A stretch of 64,000 nucleotides of DNA from Kudoa neothunni (taxonomy: Eukaryota > Animalia > Cnidaria), in assembly GCA_964304625.1 (NCBI GenBank), contig OZ199840.1:1838532-1902531 (forward strand). Direction: 5' to 3'. The position numbers and the translations under genes are program-made. This document shows positions 53,040-64,000 of this stretch, piece by piece. The number at the start of each line of letters is the position of its first letter. Position 1 is the stretch's first letter. The notes below the pieces were generated by a model. That model was given only the letters and a program-made list of their open reading frames with translations, did not search any database and had not been told where the DNA came from.

Positions 53040-55611
53040 GACCGTATTAGTAAACAGAAGTTAACCCCGTCGTATTAGTTAGAATAACGATAACTAATTA
53101 ATAATTAAGGATATCAGCGCGCCCAGCTGTTTGAATGTGATAATGTAGGTCCATGATAAATAATGTCTATGGGGATCATAACAGTTTTTACATTTATTTT
53201 TGTTTTAGGAAAAATATTATTTTCAGATAAATAGATAATATTAAAATTAGAATTAGAATTTAAGGAAGTGAGGAACATCGTTAATAATTTTTGTTAAGAT
53301 TTCTAATACTATTTTAGTAGAGTCAATAATGACTTGAATATTTTTAAAATATATATTCCACAATTATAACCAAATAAACGAGTTAAAATTGATTGATTCA
53401 CCATAGATTTATTCAATTAGGTGGGATATATTATAATTATGTAAGATTAATTATAGTAAAAATATTCCGCTAACATTCCTACAAAAACAATTATTTTCGT
53501 TAAATAAAAAATATTTGAAATTATTATTATTATTGTTTTTACTATAATAATATAATAGTAAATCATCAAAATCTACTCTAGTTAGTATAAATTAATCTTC
53601 TATGAACTTCTCTAATTTCTATTTTTCCAGTAACCAAAGTAGAAACCAATTCCGATAAAAACGATAGCAGCTGGAACTACAACTGCAACAATTCTAAATG
53701 CAATAATTAAAAAAGTAATTCCAGGTTACTTTACATCGAATTTTTAGATCTAAATAAATGTATAATGATATTCACGTATTAAAATTACGTTGATTTATTC
53801 GAGGCTTCACCTATATTTATTAATAATATTCAAATTATTGAACATTTGATACAACAATAAAAATAAGCTACCCTGATTTATTTCCCCGATTCCATAGATA
53901 CTTTCGTTTCCACTAACAAATACCGCTAAGTGATAATTGTTGATGTCTTCGACCTCGGTAATGGTGAATTCATTGCATGGAGGAAACACCCTACAACCTT
54001 CACCAACTGTCATGCATTTTTTTATGATCGGATTAGACATATCCTCCGAATTTGTTAATTTCCATTTGCATAACGAATTTGAATTCACGCCTTCTGGCAG
54101 TGTTGTTTTTACATTTAAAGTTTTGTCAACACGTGTGATCACCACTGTTATTTCCTTTTTAGGGTCCGAAGGAGATTTGAGAAGTGGGTCTAATTTAACC
54201 TTCGTTATTAAACTAGTAAATTACATTTATAACATAATTCATTTATTAATAAATTTGGATAATTTTTTTCAAAAGGTATATTTATTCGTAAATAAAGATA
54301 TAATTTTAGATGAAACATTACTTTTAGGTATATCTATTGTAACTTCAATAGACCTGTCGACAGCCGTCACTAAAACCTGATATTCCTTTTCTGCTTCGTA
54401 TCCTTCACTGAATACGATATTGCTACATAAAGGCAATGTTTGACAAGTAGGGATTCTGGTGTTGGTAGTTGTAGGTGTTACATTTGTTGATTGTTTGTCC
54501 GCCGATCTAGCCACTCCTATTTTAGAGAGTATTGATTTTGCAGGAGCACTTCCAGTATTTACTACTGGAGGCGCAGCAGGGCATTCGTATATTGAATCAT
54601 ATGATACGCCTCTCTTAACTTTTATTTTGTAATGACAAACGGCCGTTGGATATGGCAATGATAATGAACCTATCACTTGGAAACCTTTGTCCAAAAATTT
54701 CTTTTGAAGTGTAAGCGTTGACATTTCTTAATAATTATTTATTTAATTTCAAATAAGCATTTTGTTACTTGTGGTAATTTGATGAACTTTAAAACCGTAA
54801 CCAGTGTGTGCAACTATCTTGAGATCATACTCCGTTCCTGGACTTAATCCCACAATAGTTTGAGGTTCTCTACAATATCCTCGGCAAGGATAACTATCTG
54901 AACACATTGCACATACATAAACGTCCTTCCCTCTAGGACTAAGATAGTAAGCACAGGTGATATCTTCTTTGGAAGCTACGGCTGCAACCTCAAGTGCTTT
55001 TATAGTGAAACTTGTATCACGTATGGTTGGTGTAACGTCGGGAAATGTAGTTGCTCCGGCATTTTCTAAATAATTCTAAGCTTTTAATTAACGATTTATT
55101 TATACTTGTTCTGAAAAATATATGCTCTTTAAATTCGGAAGGAACTTCGCCTGCTGAAGATGTTGCTGTCGCCGCTTTTATTTCAAGAATATACGGTTTC
55201 CCACTTGCTAATTGTAGTATTGTTAATGCTGCAGTACATGCATCAGTACAAGGATTGGTAGCAGCAGTACATTTAGCTCTTGTAGTAACAGCAGTTGGCG
55301 TGGGTTTATCAGCGGCATAGTAACTTAAGGTACATGTTGTAAATTTGGGCGCTGTAGATGGTGTAGATGGATTAAATAAATGCACATTTAATGTAACACC
55401 AGTAGATGAGTCAGCTGATAATAATTCACCGGTACCGTTTTCAGCAATAGTTTCAGTAATCACTATATATATATTTGATTAGATTATTATTACTCATTTA
55501 ATACCAAATTTCTTTTGTTTGTAACCCTCGTAATCGGTACCAGCAGTATTTTTTTGTAGTGAGAAATGTCTTGTTTGTATCAATATTTCAACAACGCTTT
55601 TAGAATTTGTG
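53040..55611. repeat. Segmental tandem duplication, copy 1 (matches about 61385-64000, offset about 8.35-8.39 kb)
   Basis: ORF pairs 53807/62199, 54269/62661 and 55017/63409. Introns and the 3' flank also align. Confidence 0.97.
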
Positions 55612-56607
55612 AAAATAAGCTCCACATTATTGCATGGGGCAAAACATGGTTTCTCTGTCCCTCCACAATTCGACGTATATTCATTAGAAGAACTACTGCT
55701 AATTTGAGTTGATATTAGTTTAATTCCAAACCGGCAAATTTCAAATGGAAATTTGTTTGTGAATTTTAATAAGTATTTAGTTTTCTCGGTGTTGCTGTAC
55801 GTCACATAATACTGTGGTATATAGACACCGGTGTTCATCAAAGTATATTTATTTTGCAGTTTATAAAAGAAACTTGGATAACCCGCGCATCTCATTTCAT
55901 AATGTGGTATCATTACATCAAATTCTACTTCATTGGCACTATTATTGTCAATACAACTATCCCCAACTGTTCCTGCGGCATATTCAACATTCTTGTAATA
56001 TATGGGGCATGCAACTGGTTTACATGTTTTCGTATTTAATTTCAATTTTTTATCTCCTGTAATAATTATTGACACTTGCGGGTTTACCAATAGTGCTATA
56101 AATATTGTTTTAAAAATTAAAACAAGAGAAATTTACGTATTTCAAATCCAAAGACTGTTCCACCAGTAGATTTTTGAGCAGCTCCTGTAACATCATTTGC
56201 GTCAAAAATTTCAATATATTTCGTTCTTGGTGAAAATTCACCAAATGTTAATTTTATATTATTTCCGTTGCATGCCAACACACACTTACCATCTGGAGAA
56301 TCGGTTTCCTTTCCAGAACAAGAGCTGATATCTGCGTAGGCTGCACCAGCCTCATTTGATATTTTAATGTAGCATTTGTTTGTAGAAGAGTAACTTCCTC
56401 CACTAAATGTTAAATGGACTTTCATATCAGCACTATCTTTAAAAATTCTGTAAGATAGAGAGTTCGCTGTCGCCGTTGAAGTAGCGCCCTGTCCTTCAGC
56501 ATTTAGCAAAAATTTGACTATTACCAAATTAAAAATATTTCAAAATAGTGAAAATTTTTACAATTAAGGATGAGAAAAATTCCAAGGAGTCTTATAAAAG
56601 GAGTCAT
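53612..56607 (-). CDS. Type I membrane surface protein with tandem four-Cys FN3-like modules, copy 1 (10 exons, 837 aa)
   Basis: Exons 56607-56562, 56517-56137, 56095-55505, 55462-55106, 55065-54769, 54726-54322, 54189-53872, 53810-53789, 53749-53735 and 53693-53612 join in frame (2514 nt), all GT-AG. Signal MTPFIRLLGIFLILNFKFLLNAEG; FN3-like GLSPGTEYDLKIVA; transmembrane segment IIVAVVVPAAIVFIGIGFYFGYW; tail KNRN. Confidence 0.85.
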
Positions 56608-58854
56608 TTTATTTGAGATAATCCATTCCGACAGTTATTGTTCAATTCAATAAATCTAATACAATACAACCCCTGAGTTCGAACGTCTCGGAACTCGTAC
56701 AAGTCGGAATTTGATCTAAAATTTTGAGTCAGAAACATTTTTGAATTCGAACACATATAGAAGGGGTATTCAGAATAAATCCAGTTGGAGAAAAAACTAG
56801 AGAAGAAAAGAAATTCCCGAAGGAAATTCGCTCAGTCAAGTGTACGAACGTCATCGAAAGAGAACACATTACAGACGATGACGAGTGGTTCGTAACTTTC
56901 GAAAATATGTAAAAATTAGAAATTACAGAGGAAATAAATTATTAAATTTTACTTCAAAATACACATTAGAGTAAACACATTAAATGTAAAAAAATATAAG
57001 CTGTTTAATAATTACACGTTTGTAATTTTCCCTTATTTTTTTTAACTGACGTGTGGTTAGTAACTTTTCGGGGAACAAACATCCAGTTTTTTCTGTAAAA
57101 ACCATTTATTGAAGATGGAAATTCAAAATGATGTTAAATCTATTTCAGAAAAATAAAAAATAAACAATCATTTTGACAGTCAGTCAAAAGCAGAGGAAAA
57201 ATCAAGAGCTACAAAACTTTTCAATGCATCATCCATATTTACATTGTTTTATCTATACACAGTAGATAACCGATTTTCCGTAGTGTCCGATTTTCGGTAA
57301 CTTCGAAATTTCTCCATTAGAATATTGTTTTAATATTTTAAACCATATATTTGATTGTATTTTTAGGCTTTAATAACAATTTACATAAATTTTAAAAATT
57401 GGACATCTATAAGTGGGGTTTATCACATTATTAGCGCTTAACCGATTTTCCGTAACTCTTCAGCTCTAGGCCGATTTAGTGGTGCGCCTTTTTTTACATT
57501 TGCAATGTCTGAAAAAATTGAAAATGAGGAAACAATAAAACTTAAGTATAAATTTATTGATTATTTTAATAGCATACTAAACAGGAGTGCAAAAATACTA
57601 CTTTTAGTAAATTTAAGCTCCTTTCTATTTCTACTCTAGATATCATCTTGATTATGAAGAAAGATATAGTTTTATCTTATAAACTGGCTTGGCTTCTTCG
57701 GAGAGGAAAAATTTTAAACAGTGTTAAAAAAACGAAATCGATACTATAGTATATGACTGGGTGAATTATTTGAGATACAACAATTTAACTGTCTGATCAT
57801 GATATCATACACGAAAGAAACCAATTGACAAAAGAATTGAACCTAAACGTTGTAATGATCCATGATTGATTTGTTGGTTTTAAATCACGATTTAATTTAA
57901 CAATATCACTGCCCATGGTGATGCTGTTTATGTTGACTAAAGTTATGCAGAAAATTGGTAATCTAAATTGAATGATCTAGTCAAAGGTAACAACGATGGC
58001 TGTATATATAACCATAACAAAATTTCATTATTTTAGCAGAGACTAAGAGGTCCATTATTTTTACTGCTATGTTTTGTCGGGAGAAAAAAATCTAAAAAAT
58101 AGTTACTGGTTTGCTGCATACATCTACCTGGAGATTTCATTGAATCTCTTGTGATTGGAAATCACAAAAACCACGTTGTTTTAAAAATGCTAAAACATTT
58201 ATAGTAAAATACAAATCAAACTGGAAAGAATGGATAACTAGGGAACCATTTATCAAATATTTTTCTAATTTTGACAATGTATTCAAAACAAAGTACAAGA
58301 AAGTTTAATACTTCTTAATAATGCCACTTGCCACGTCGAAATTCATTTGTCCAATATCTCTCATATATTCCTTACGAAAAATTCAACTAGCGTTTTTCAA
58401 CTATTAGACCATGGAATCATTTTCTCATTCAAATCAAATTACGAAAATAATTTAAAAGAAAGACATATTGCTGCAGTTGGCAATGATATAAATACATCCT
58501 CTCAAAATTCGCTTAATACATTGTTCCTAATCATAAATAATGGGATGGTGTTTCAAAGGATATTGTATTTAATTGTTTCAGAAAATAAGAGTTTCCTGCA
58601 GCCAATGAATGCAAGATTTCATCAAATATTAATGTTGGCAATAAAGAATTTTCGGCTGGAAATAGTGAGATTATTTAGAGGAAGTCATTATGCCTACATC
58701 AAAACATTTTGACGAGCTTACACCTTTGAATATTGAATCTGCTAATTTTGAAACTGAAGATGAACGAGTGGTAGAAATTATATCATCAAAAGATGTACTT
58801 AAATGTTTAAAAAGCAGAATAAATATACGACAGAGAGGAATTGATTATCTAGAC

Positions 58855-61160
58855 CAGTGGTTCTTAACCTTTTGGGAGTGGCCGAACCACTACTACCTTG
58901 TAGCACGCCTCGTCGAACCTCCAAACATAAAATTTTTTAAATTTTAAATAAATTGAATTATAATCTAATCAATATTTGGCACATCATAAAAATTGCAACA
59001 TTTAAAAATCAAATTAATATAAAGCTAATTAATGTGATTTTTGTTCTTGTTTTTTTGCAGCCAATTCCGAAATACGAGGCAAAATGTTGGAGAGAGCAAT
59101 TCGCATATCGCTTTCACAGAAAAGCTTATTTTTTAACTAATTTATGGTGACCGATCTTGAAAATGATCGTTCGCAAAGGTAAGTTGTTACGAAATAAATA
59201 AGAACTTCCAAAGCCTTCATCGAAATTGTAGGATATTTCTCAATTTGATTTATCCAAAAGATTGATGGTGAAATTTTTTCGAAAGGTTGTTTTTGAGTTA
59301 TGTTGCGTTGAAGTTCGATTAGTTCATCATGGTATTTATTATTGGCATCCTCAGCTAAATTATCGAAACTAAATGGTTGCTTCACCCAGACGGGGAATGA
59401 ATTTTAGAAGGGAATAACCATCGAGTAAGTTAGAAAGTTCTTCTAAATGTGCAGAAATTATTTCCTTTAATTCAAAAAGTAAAATGACCAATTCGTTATT
59501 ATCGCTGCCATTAATATTACAAATATCGTCTAAAAGTGGAAAGTTTGCATAATTGTCGACCATTAATCTTCGTTTGTATAAAGATAATTTTATTTGGAAT
59601 GCACTAAGACACTCCTCTGCCTCAATGATGTTGACTCCATTTCCTTGCATCTGCAGGTTCGAACAATTTATGGAATCAAAAATATCAGCCATGTATGCCA
59701 AAAGAAGAGTAAATTCAAAATTACTGAAACATTGAGTATGACAATGGTTACACTCCAGCAAAAATATACCTATTTCCTTCCGCAGGGTAAAAACTCGGTT
59801 TAATACTTTTCCTCGAGACAACCACCTCACATCTGAATAAAATAAAAGTATATCAAATTCAGAATCCATTCCGTTGCACAAATATATGAAGATTCGATGA
59901 TTCAAAGAACTACTTCTCACAAAATTTACACAATCGATAACGATTTTCAACACTTCTGCCAGCCTTGGAGGCATATTCTTTGTTGCTAATGTATATCTAT
60001 GGAAAATGCAATGCGTAACAGTAATGAGGTGCATCTAATTTCACAAGAGCACGAAAGCCAGAGTTGGGCTTCAGCATAGCTGGGGCACCATCAGTACAAA
60101 TAGAAGAAACCATATTCCATGAAAGTCCATTGTCTTTGAAAAACTCATCGACAACTTTCTTAACATCCACTGCCTTGGTAGTTGTTAAAGGTTTGCAAAA
60201 AAGAAAATCCTCAACTATCACACCATTTTTCAAATATCTAACAAACGAAACCAGTTGACTTAGGTTTGAGATATCAGTAGTTTCGTCGAATTGTATACTA
60301 AACTTTGCTTTACTTGAAATTAGATCCAAACTTAATTGATCCAAAATGTCTTTATTCATATCATCAATTCTTATCTTAACGGTATCATTTGACAAAGGAA
60401 TTGTTGCTAATTTTTTTTCTGCAATACTTCCCAATAAAATATTTGTCATCTTCAACGCGACAGGCTTAACGAGCGTGTCACCAATATTGTGAGGTTTGCC
60501 AATTAGATACGAAACTTCATATGTTGCTGTTAAGATAGGCTTATCAATATTAACAAATCCAAAATTTCGCAACGTAGATCTTTCATCACACTTTTCTCTC
60601 TTTGCTTCAAGTTCAGAAAGAGTCATATTCCTAAATGCAGAGTCTCCATGGACATTCGTGAAATGTTCCTTTAATTTTGCTGGTACCAAACTGAAATTAC
60701 TTAACTTCGAGTTGCATATCACGCAAAGAGGTCCTTGAATACCACTAAGTTCTGTAACATAGGTAAACCCGAACTGTACAAAATCATTTGACTACTTTCT
60801 TTTTTTGTTTAAACATTCAAAGGGCCAATATTTATTTCCAGTAACCCTCACAAAACTAGAAAACAAACAACACTGCCACGCAATAAACTCTGTAACCCGT
60901 TACACTTGATTGTATTAATAAGATAAATCTTAAAGAATTTCAAATACTCGAAGAATAATTGAAATTAAATTATCAATAATTTTTTAATTTATCACTATTA
61001 TCTTTTTAATAGAGCTTCTATTAGGATTATAAATACAACCAATAGAAGGTTTATTTAAAATATTAATATTATAAAGAATATTAATCGTAGATTTGATTTA
61101 AAATTTGGAATTTTTTGACCGAACTCTGGGGTTCGGTCAAACCCAGGTTAAAAACAACTG
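58855..61160 (-). mobile_element. hAT transposon, Buster/Charlie (ZBED8/SCAND3-like) subfamily
   Basis: Perfect 8-bp TSD ATCTAGAC (58847-58854 and 61161-61168). TIR CAGTGGTTCTTAACCT / AGGTTAAAAACAACTG. Confidence 0.95.
59137..60816 (-). pseudogene. hAT/Buster transposase pseudogene
   Basis: FGFT..PLCVIC, QFDETTD, CTDGAPAM, HCIFHR, RWLSRGKVL and TTYLCERSFS. Frameshifts near 60030 and 59385; early stop near 60793. Confidence 0.92.
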
Positions 61161-62009
61161 ATCTAGACAAAATAATGAGTTAACATCATAAAATTACGAC
61201 ATACACATTAAAAAATATAATTACGAATAACATATAATAACATACTATTTCAATAAAAATAGATTATTGTATAAATGAAATTAATTTCTTTAAAATCGAT
61301 TTATTTTTATGTTATTGCGCGCAGAAAGCTACGTAAAATCGTTTACGTATTGTAGTAACAATTAATGTAAGTGAACTATGGTTGATAATGAACGTATTAG
61401 TAAATAGAATTTAACCACGTCGTATTAGTTAGAATAACGATAACTAATTAATAATTAAGGATATCAGCACGCCCAGCTGTTTGAATGTGATAATGTAGGT
61501 TCATAATAAATAATGTCTCTTGGGATCATAACAGTTTTTACATTTATTTTTGTTTTAGGTGAAAATATTATTTTCAGATAAATGGATAATATTAAACTTA
61601 AAATAAGAATTAGAATTTAAGGAAGTGAGGAACATCGTTAATAATTTTTGTTAAGATTTCTAATACTATTTTAGTAGAGTCAATAAAGATATGGATATTT
61701 TTAAAATATACATTCGACAATTATAACCAAAAAAACAAGCTTAAATTAATTGATTTACTGTAGATTTATTCAATTAGATTGTATGTATTACAATTATGTA
61801 AAATTAATTTAAATTGTAATTCGTCTAATTTTTTAATAAAAAATTGTAGCAAAAATATTCCGCTAAAATTCCTACAAAAACAATTATTTGCGTTAAATAA
61901 AAAATATTTGAAATTATTATTATTGTTTTTTACCATAATAATATAATAGTAAATCATCAAAATCTACTCTAGTTAGTATAAATTAATCTTCTATGAACTT
62001 CTCTAATTT

Positions 62010-64000
62010 CTATTTTTCCAGTAACCAAAGTAAAAAACCAATTCCAATAAAAATGATAGCAGCTGGAATCACAACTGCAACAATTCTAAATGCAATAATT
62101 AAAAAAGTAATTCCAGGTTACTTTACATCGAATTTTTAGATCTAAATAAATGTATAATGATATTCACGTATTAAAGTTACGTTGATTTATTCGAGGCTTC
62201 ACCTATATTTATTAATAATATTCAAATTATTGAACATTTGATACAACAATAAAAATAAGCTACCCTGATTTATTTCCCCGATTCCATAGATACTTTCGTT
62301 TCCACTAACAAATACCGCCAAATGATAATTGTTGATGTCTTCGACCTCGGTAATGGTGAATTCATTGCATGGAGGAAACACCCTACAACCTTCACCAACT
62401 GTCATGCATTTTTTTATGATCGGATTAGACATATCCTCCGAATTTGTTAATTTCCATTTGCATAACGAATTTGAATTCACGCCTTCTGGTAGTATTGTTT
62501 TTACATTTAAAGTTTTGTCAACACGTGTGATCACCACTGTTATTTCCTTTTTAGGGTCCGAAGGAGATTTGAGAAGTGGGTCTAATTTAACCTTCGTTAT
62601 TAAACTAGTAAATTACATTTATAACATAATTCATTTATTAATAAATTTGGATAATTTTTTTCAAAAGGTATATTTATTCGTAAATAAAGATATAATTTTA
62701 GATGAAACATTACTTTTAGGTATATCTATTGTAACTTCAATAGACCTGTCGACAGCCGTCACTAAAACCTGATATTCTTTTTCTGCTTCGTAACCTTCAC
62801 TAAATACGATATTGCTACATAAAGGCAATGTTTGACAAGTAGGGATTCTGGTGTTGGTAGTTGTAGGTGTTACATTTGTTGATTGTTTGTCCGCCGATCT
62901 AGCCACTCCTATTTTAGAGAGTATTGATTTTGCAGGAGCACTTCCAGTATTTACTACTGGAGGCGCAGCAGGGCATTCGTATATTGAATCATATGATACG
63001 CCTCTCTTAACTTTTATTTTGTAATGACAAACGGCCGTTGGATATGGCAATGATAATGAGCCTATCACTTGGAACCCTTTGTCCAAAAATTTCTTGTGAA
63101 GTGTAAGCGTTGACATTTCTTAATAATCATTTATTTAATTTCAAATAAGCATTTTGTTACTTGTAGTGATTTCATGAACTTTGAAGCCGTAACCAGTGTG
63201 TGCAACTACTTTGAGATCATACTCCGTTCCTGGACTTAATCCCACAATAGTTTGAGGTTCTCTACAATATCCTCGGCAAGGATAACTATCTGAACACATT
63301 GCACATACATAAACGTCCTTCCCTCTAGGACTAAGATAGTAAGCACAGGTGATATCTTCTTTGGAAGCTACGGCTGCAACCTCAAGTGCTTTTATAGTGA
63401 AACTTGTATCACGTATGGTTGGTGTAACGTCGGGAAATGTAGTTGCTCCGGCATTTTCTAAATAATTCTAAGCTTTTAATTAACGATTTATTTATACTTG
63501 TTCTGAAAAATATATGCTCTTTAAATCCAGAAGGAACTTTGTTAGAACCCGAGTCAGTCGCCGCTGCTTTAATTTCAAGAATATAAGGTTTTCCGCTTGG
63601 TAATTGTAATATTGTTAATGCTGCATTACACTCCTCAACACAATGTTGGTCACTAACAGAAGCAGTACATTTAGCTCTTGTAGTAACAGCAGTTGGCGTG
63701 GGTTTGTCAGCAGCGTAATAACTTACAGTGCATGTTGAAAATTTTGGCGCTGTAGATGGATTAAATAAATGCACATTTAATGTAACACCAGTAGATGAGT
63801 CAGCTGATAGTAATTCTCCAGAACTACCTTCAGCAATAGTTTCAGTAATCACTATATATATTTGATTAGATTATTATTATTCATTTAATACCAAATTTCT
63901 TTTGTTTGTAACCCTCGTAATCAGTACCAGCAGTATTTTTTTGTAGTGAGAAATGTCTTGTTTGTATCAATATTTCAACAACGCTTTTAGAATTTGTGAA
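62010..64000 (-). CDS. Type I membrane four-Cys FN3-like surface protein, copy 2 (5' part lies beyond the window)
   Basis: Same exon-intron structure as copy 1. Exon 63851-63498 is strongly diverged. An extra A at 62032-62037 shifts the last exon to ...GIGFLLWLLEK* (stop 62010-62012; the position equivalent to the copy-1 stop is 62003). Confidence 0.85.

Larger units (their letters stand above)
57260..61352 (+). mobile_element. Degenerate pogo/Tigger element split by a hAT insertion
   Basis: TIR CAGTAGATAACCGATTTTCCGTAG / CTACGTAAAATCGTTTACGTATTG-TA. Decayed coding remnants VGFKSRFNL, LLNNATCH and NSTSVFQLLDHGIIFSFKSNY (DDE_1 NTTS..QPLDQGII motif). Confidence 0.82.

Noticed and set aside
53612-64000. 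Direct orthology to Hydractinia Alr allorecognition proteins or Giardia VSPs
   Set aside because: No recognisable V-set/I-set Ig motifs, long cytoplasmic tail or CXXC/CRGKA signature; the similarity is architectural only.

Overview
Very AT-rich eukaryotic (animal-type) genomic DNA. Most GT-AG introns are tiny (about 39-70 nt) and the conserved proteins are highly diverged; this pattern suggests a myxozoan or a similarly reduced parasite, which is inference only. Recognisable genes: a tail-less kinesin-6 (KIF23/MKLP1), MICOS13/QIL1 (missed as a whole by the ORF track), an intronless short ORC2, a divergent intronless alpha-tubulin and GINS4/SLD5. Lineage-specific genes: three small secreted Cys-containing proteins (two clear paralogues, possibly cystatin-fold) and a tandemly duplicated 837-aa type I membrane protein built from exon-encoded four-Cys FN3-like modules. 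The two copies of that membrane gene are almost identical, introns included, except for one exon that is heavily diverged in predicted loops. This is the strongest candidate for an undescribed variant surface-antigen or recognition system. Intergenic space is filled with decayed and nested transposons (piggyBac, hAT/Buster, pogo/Tigger, MULE, Helitron-like, MITEs) and a tRNA-derived SINE carrying a structured RNA segment. All gene models were spliced by eye.
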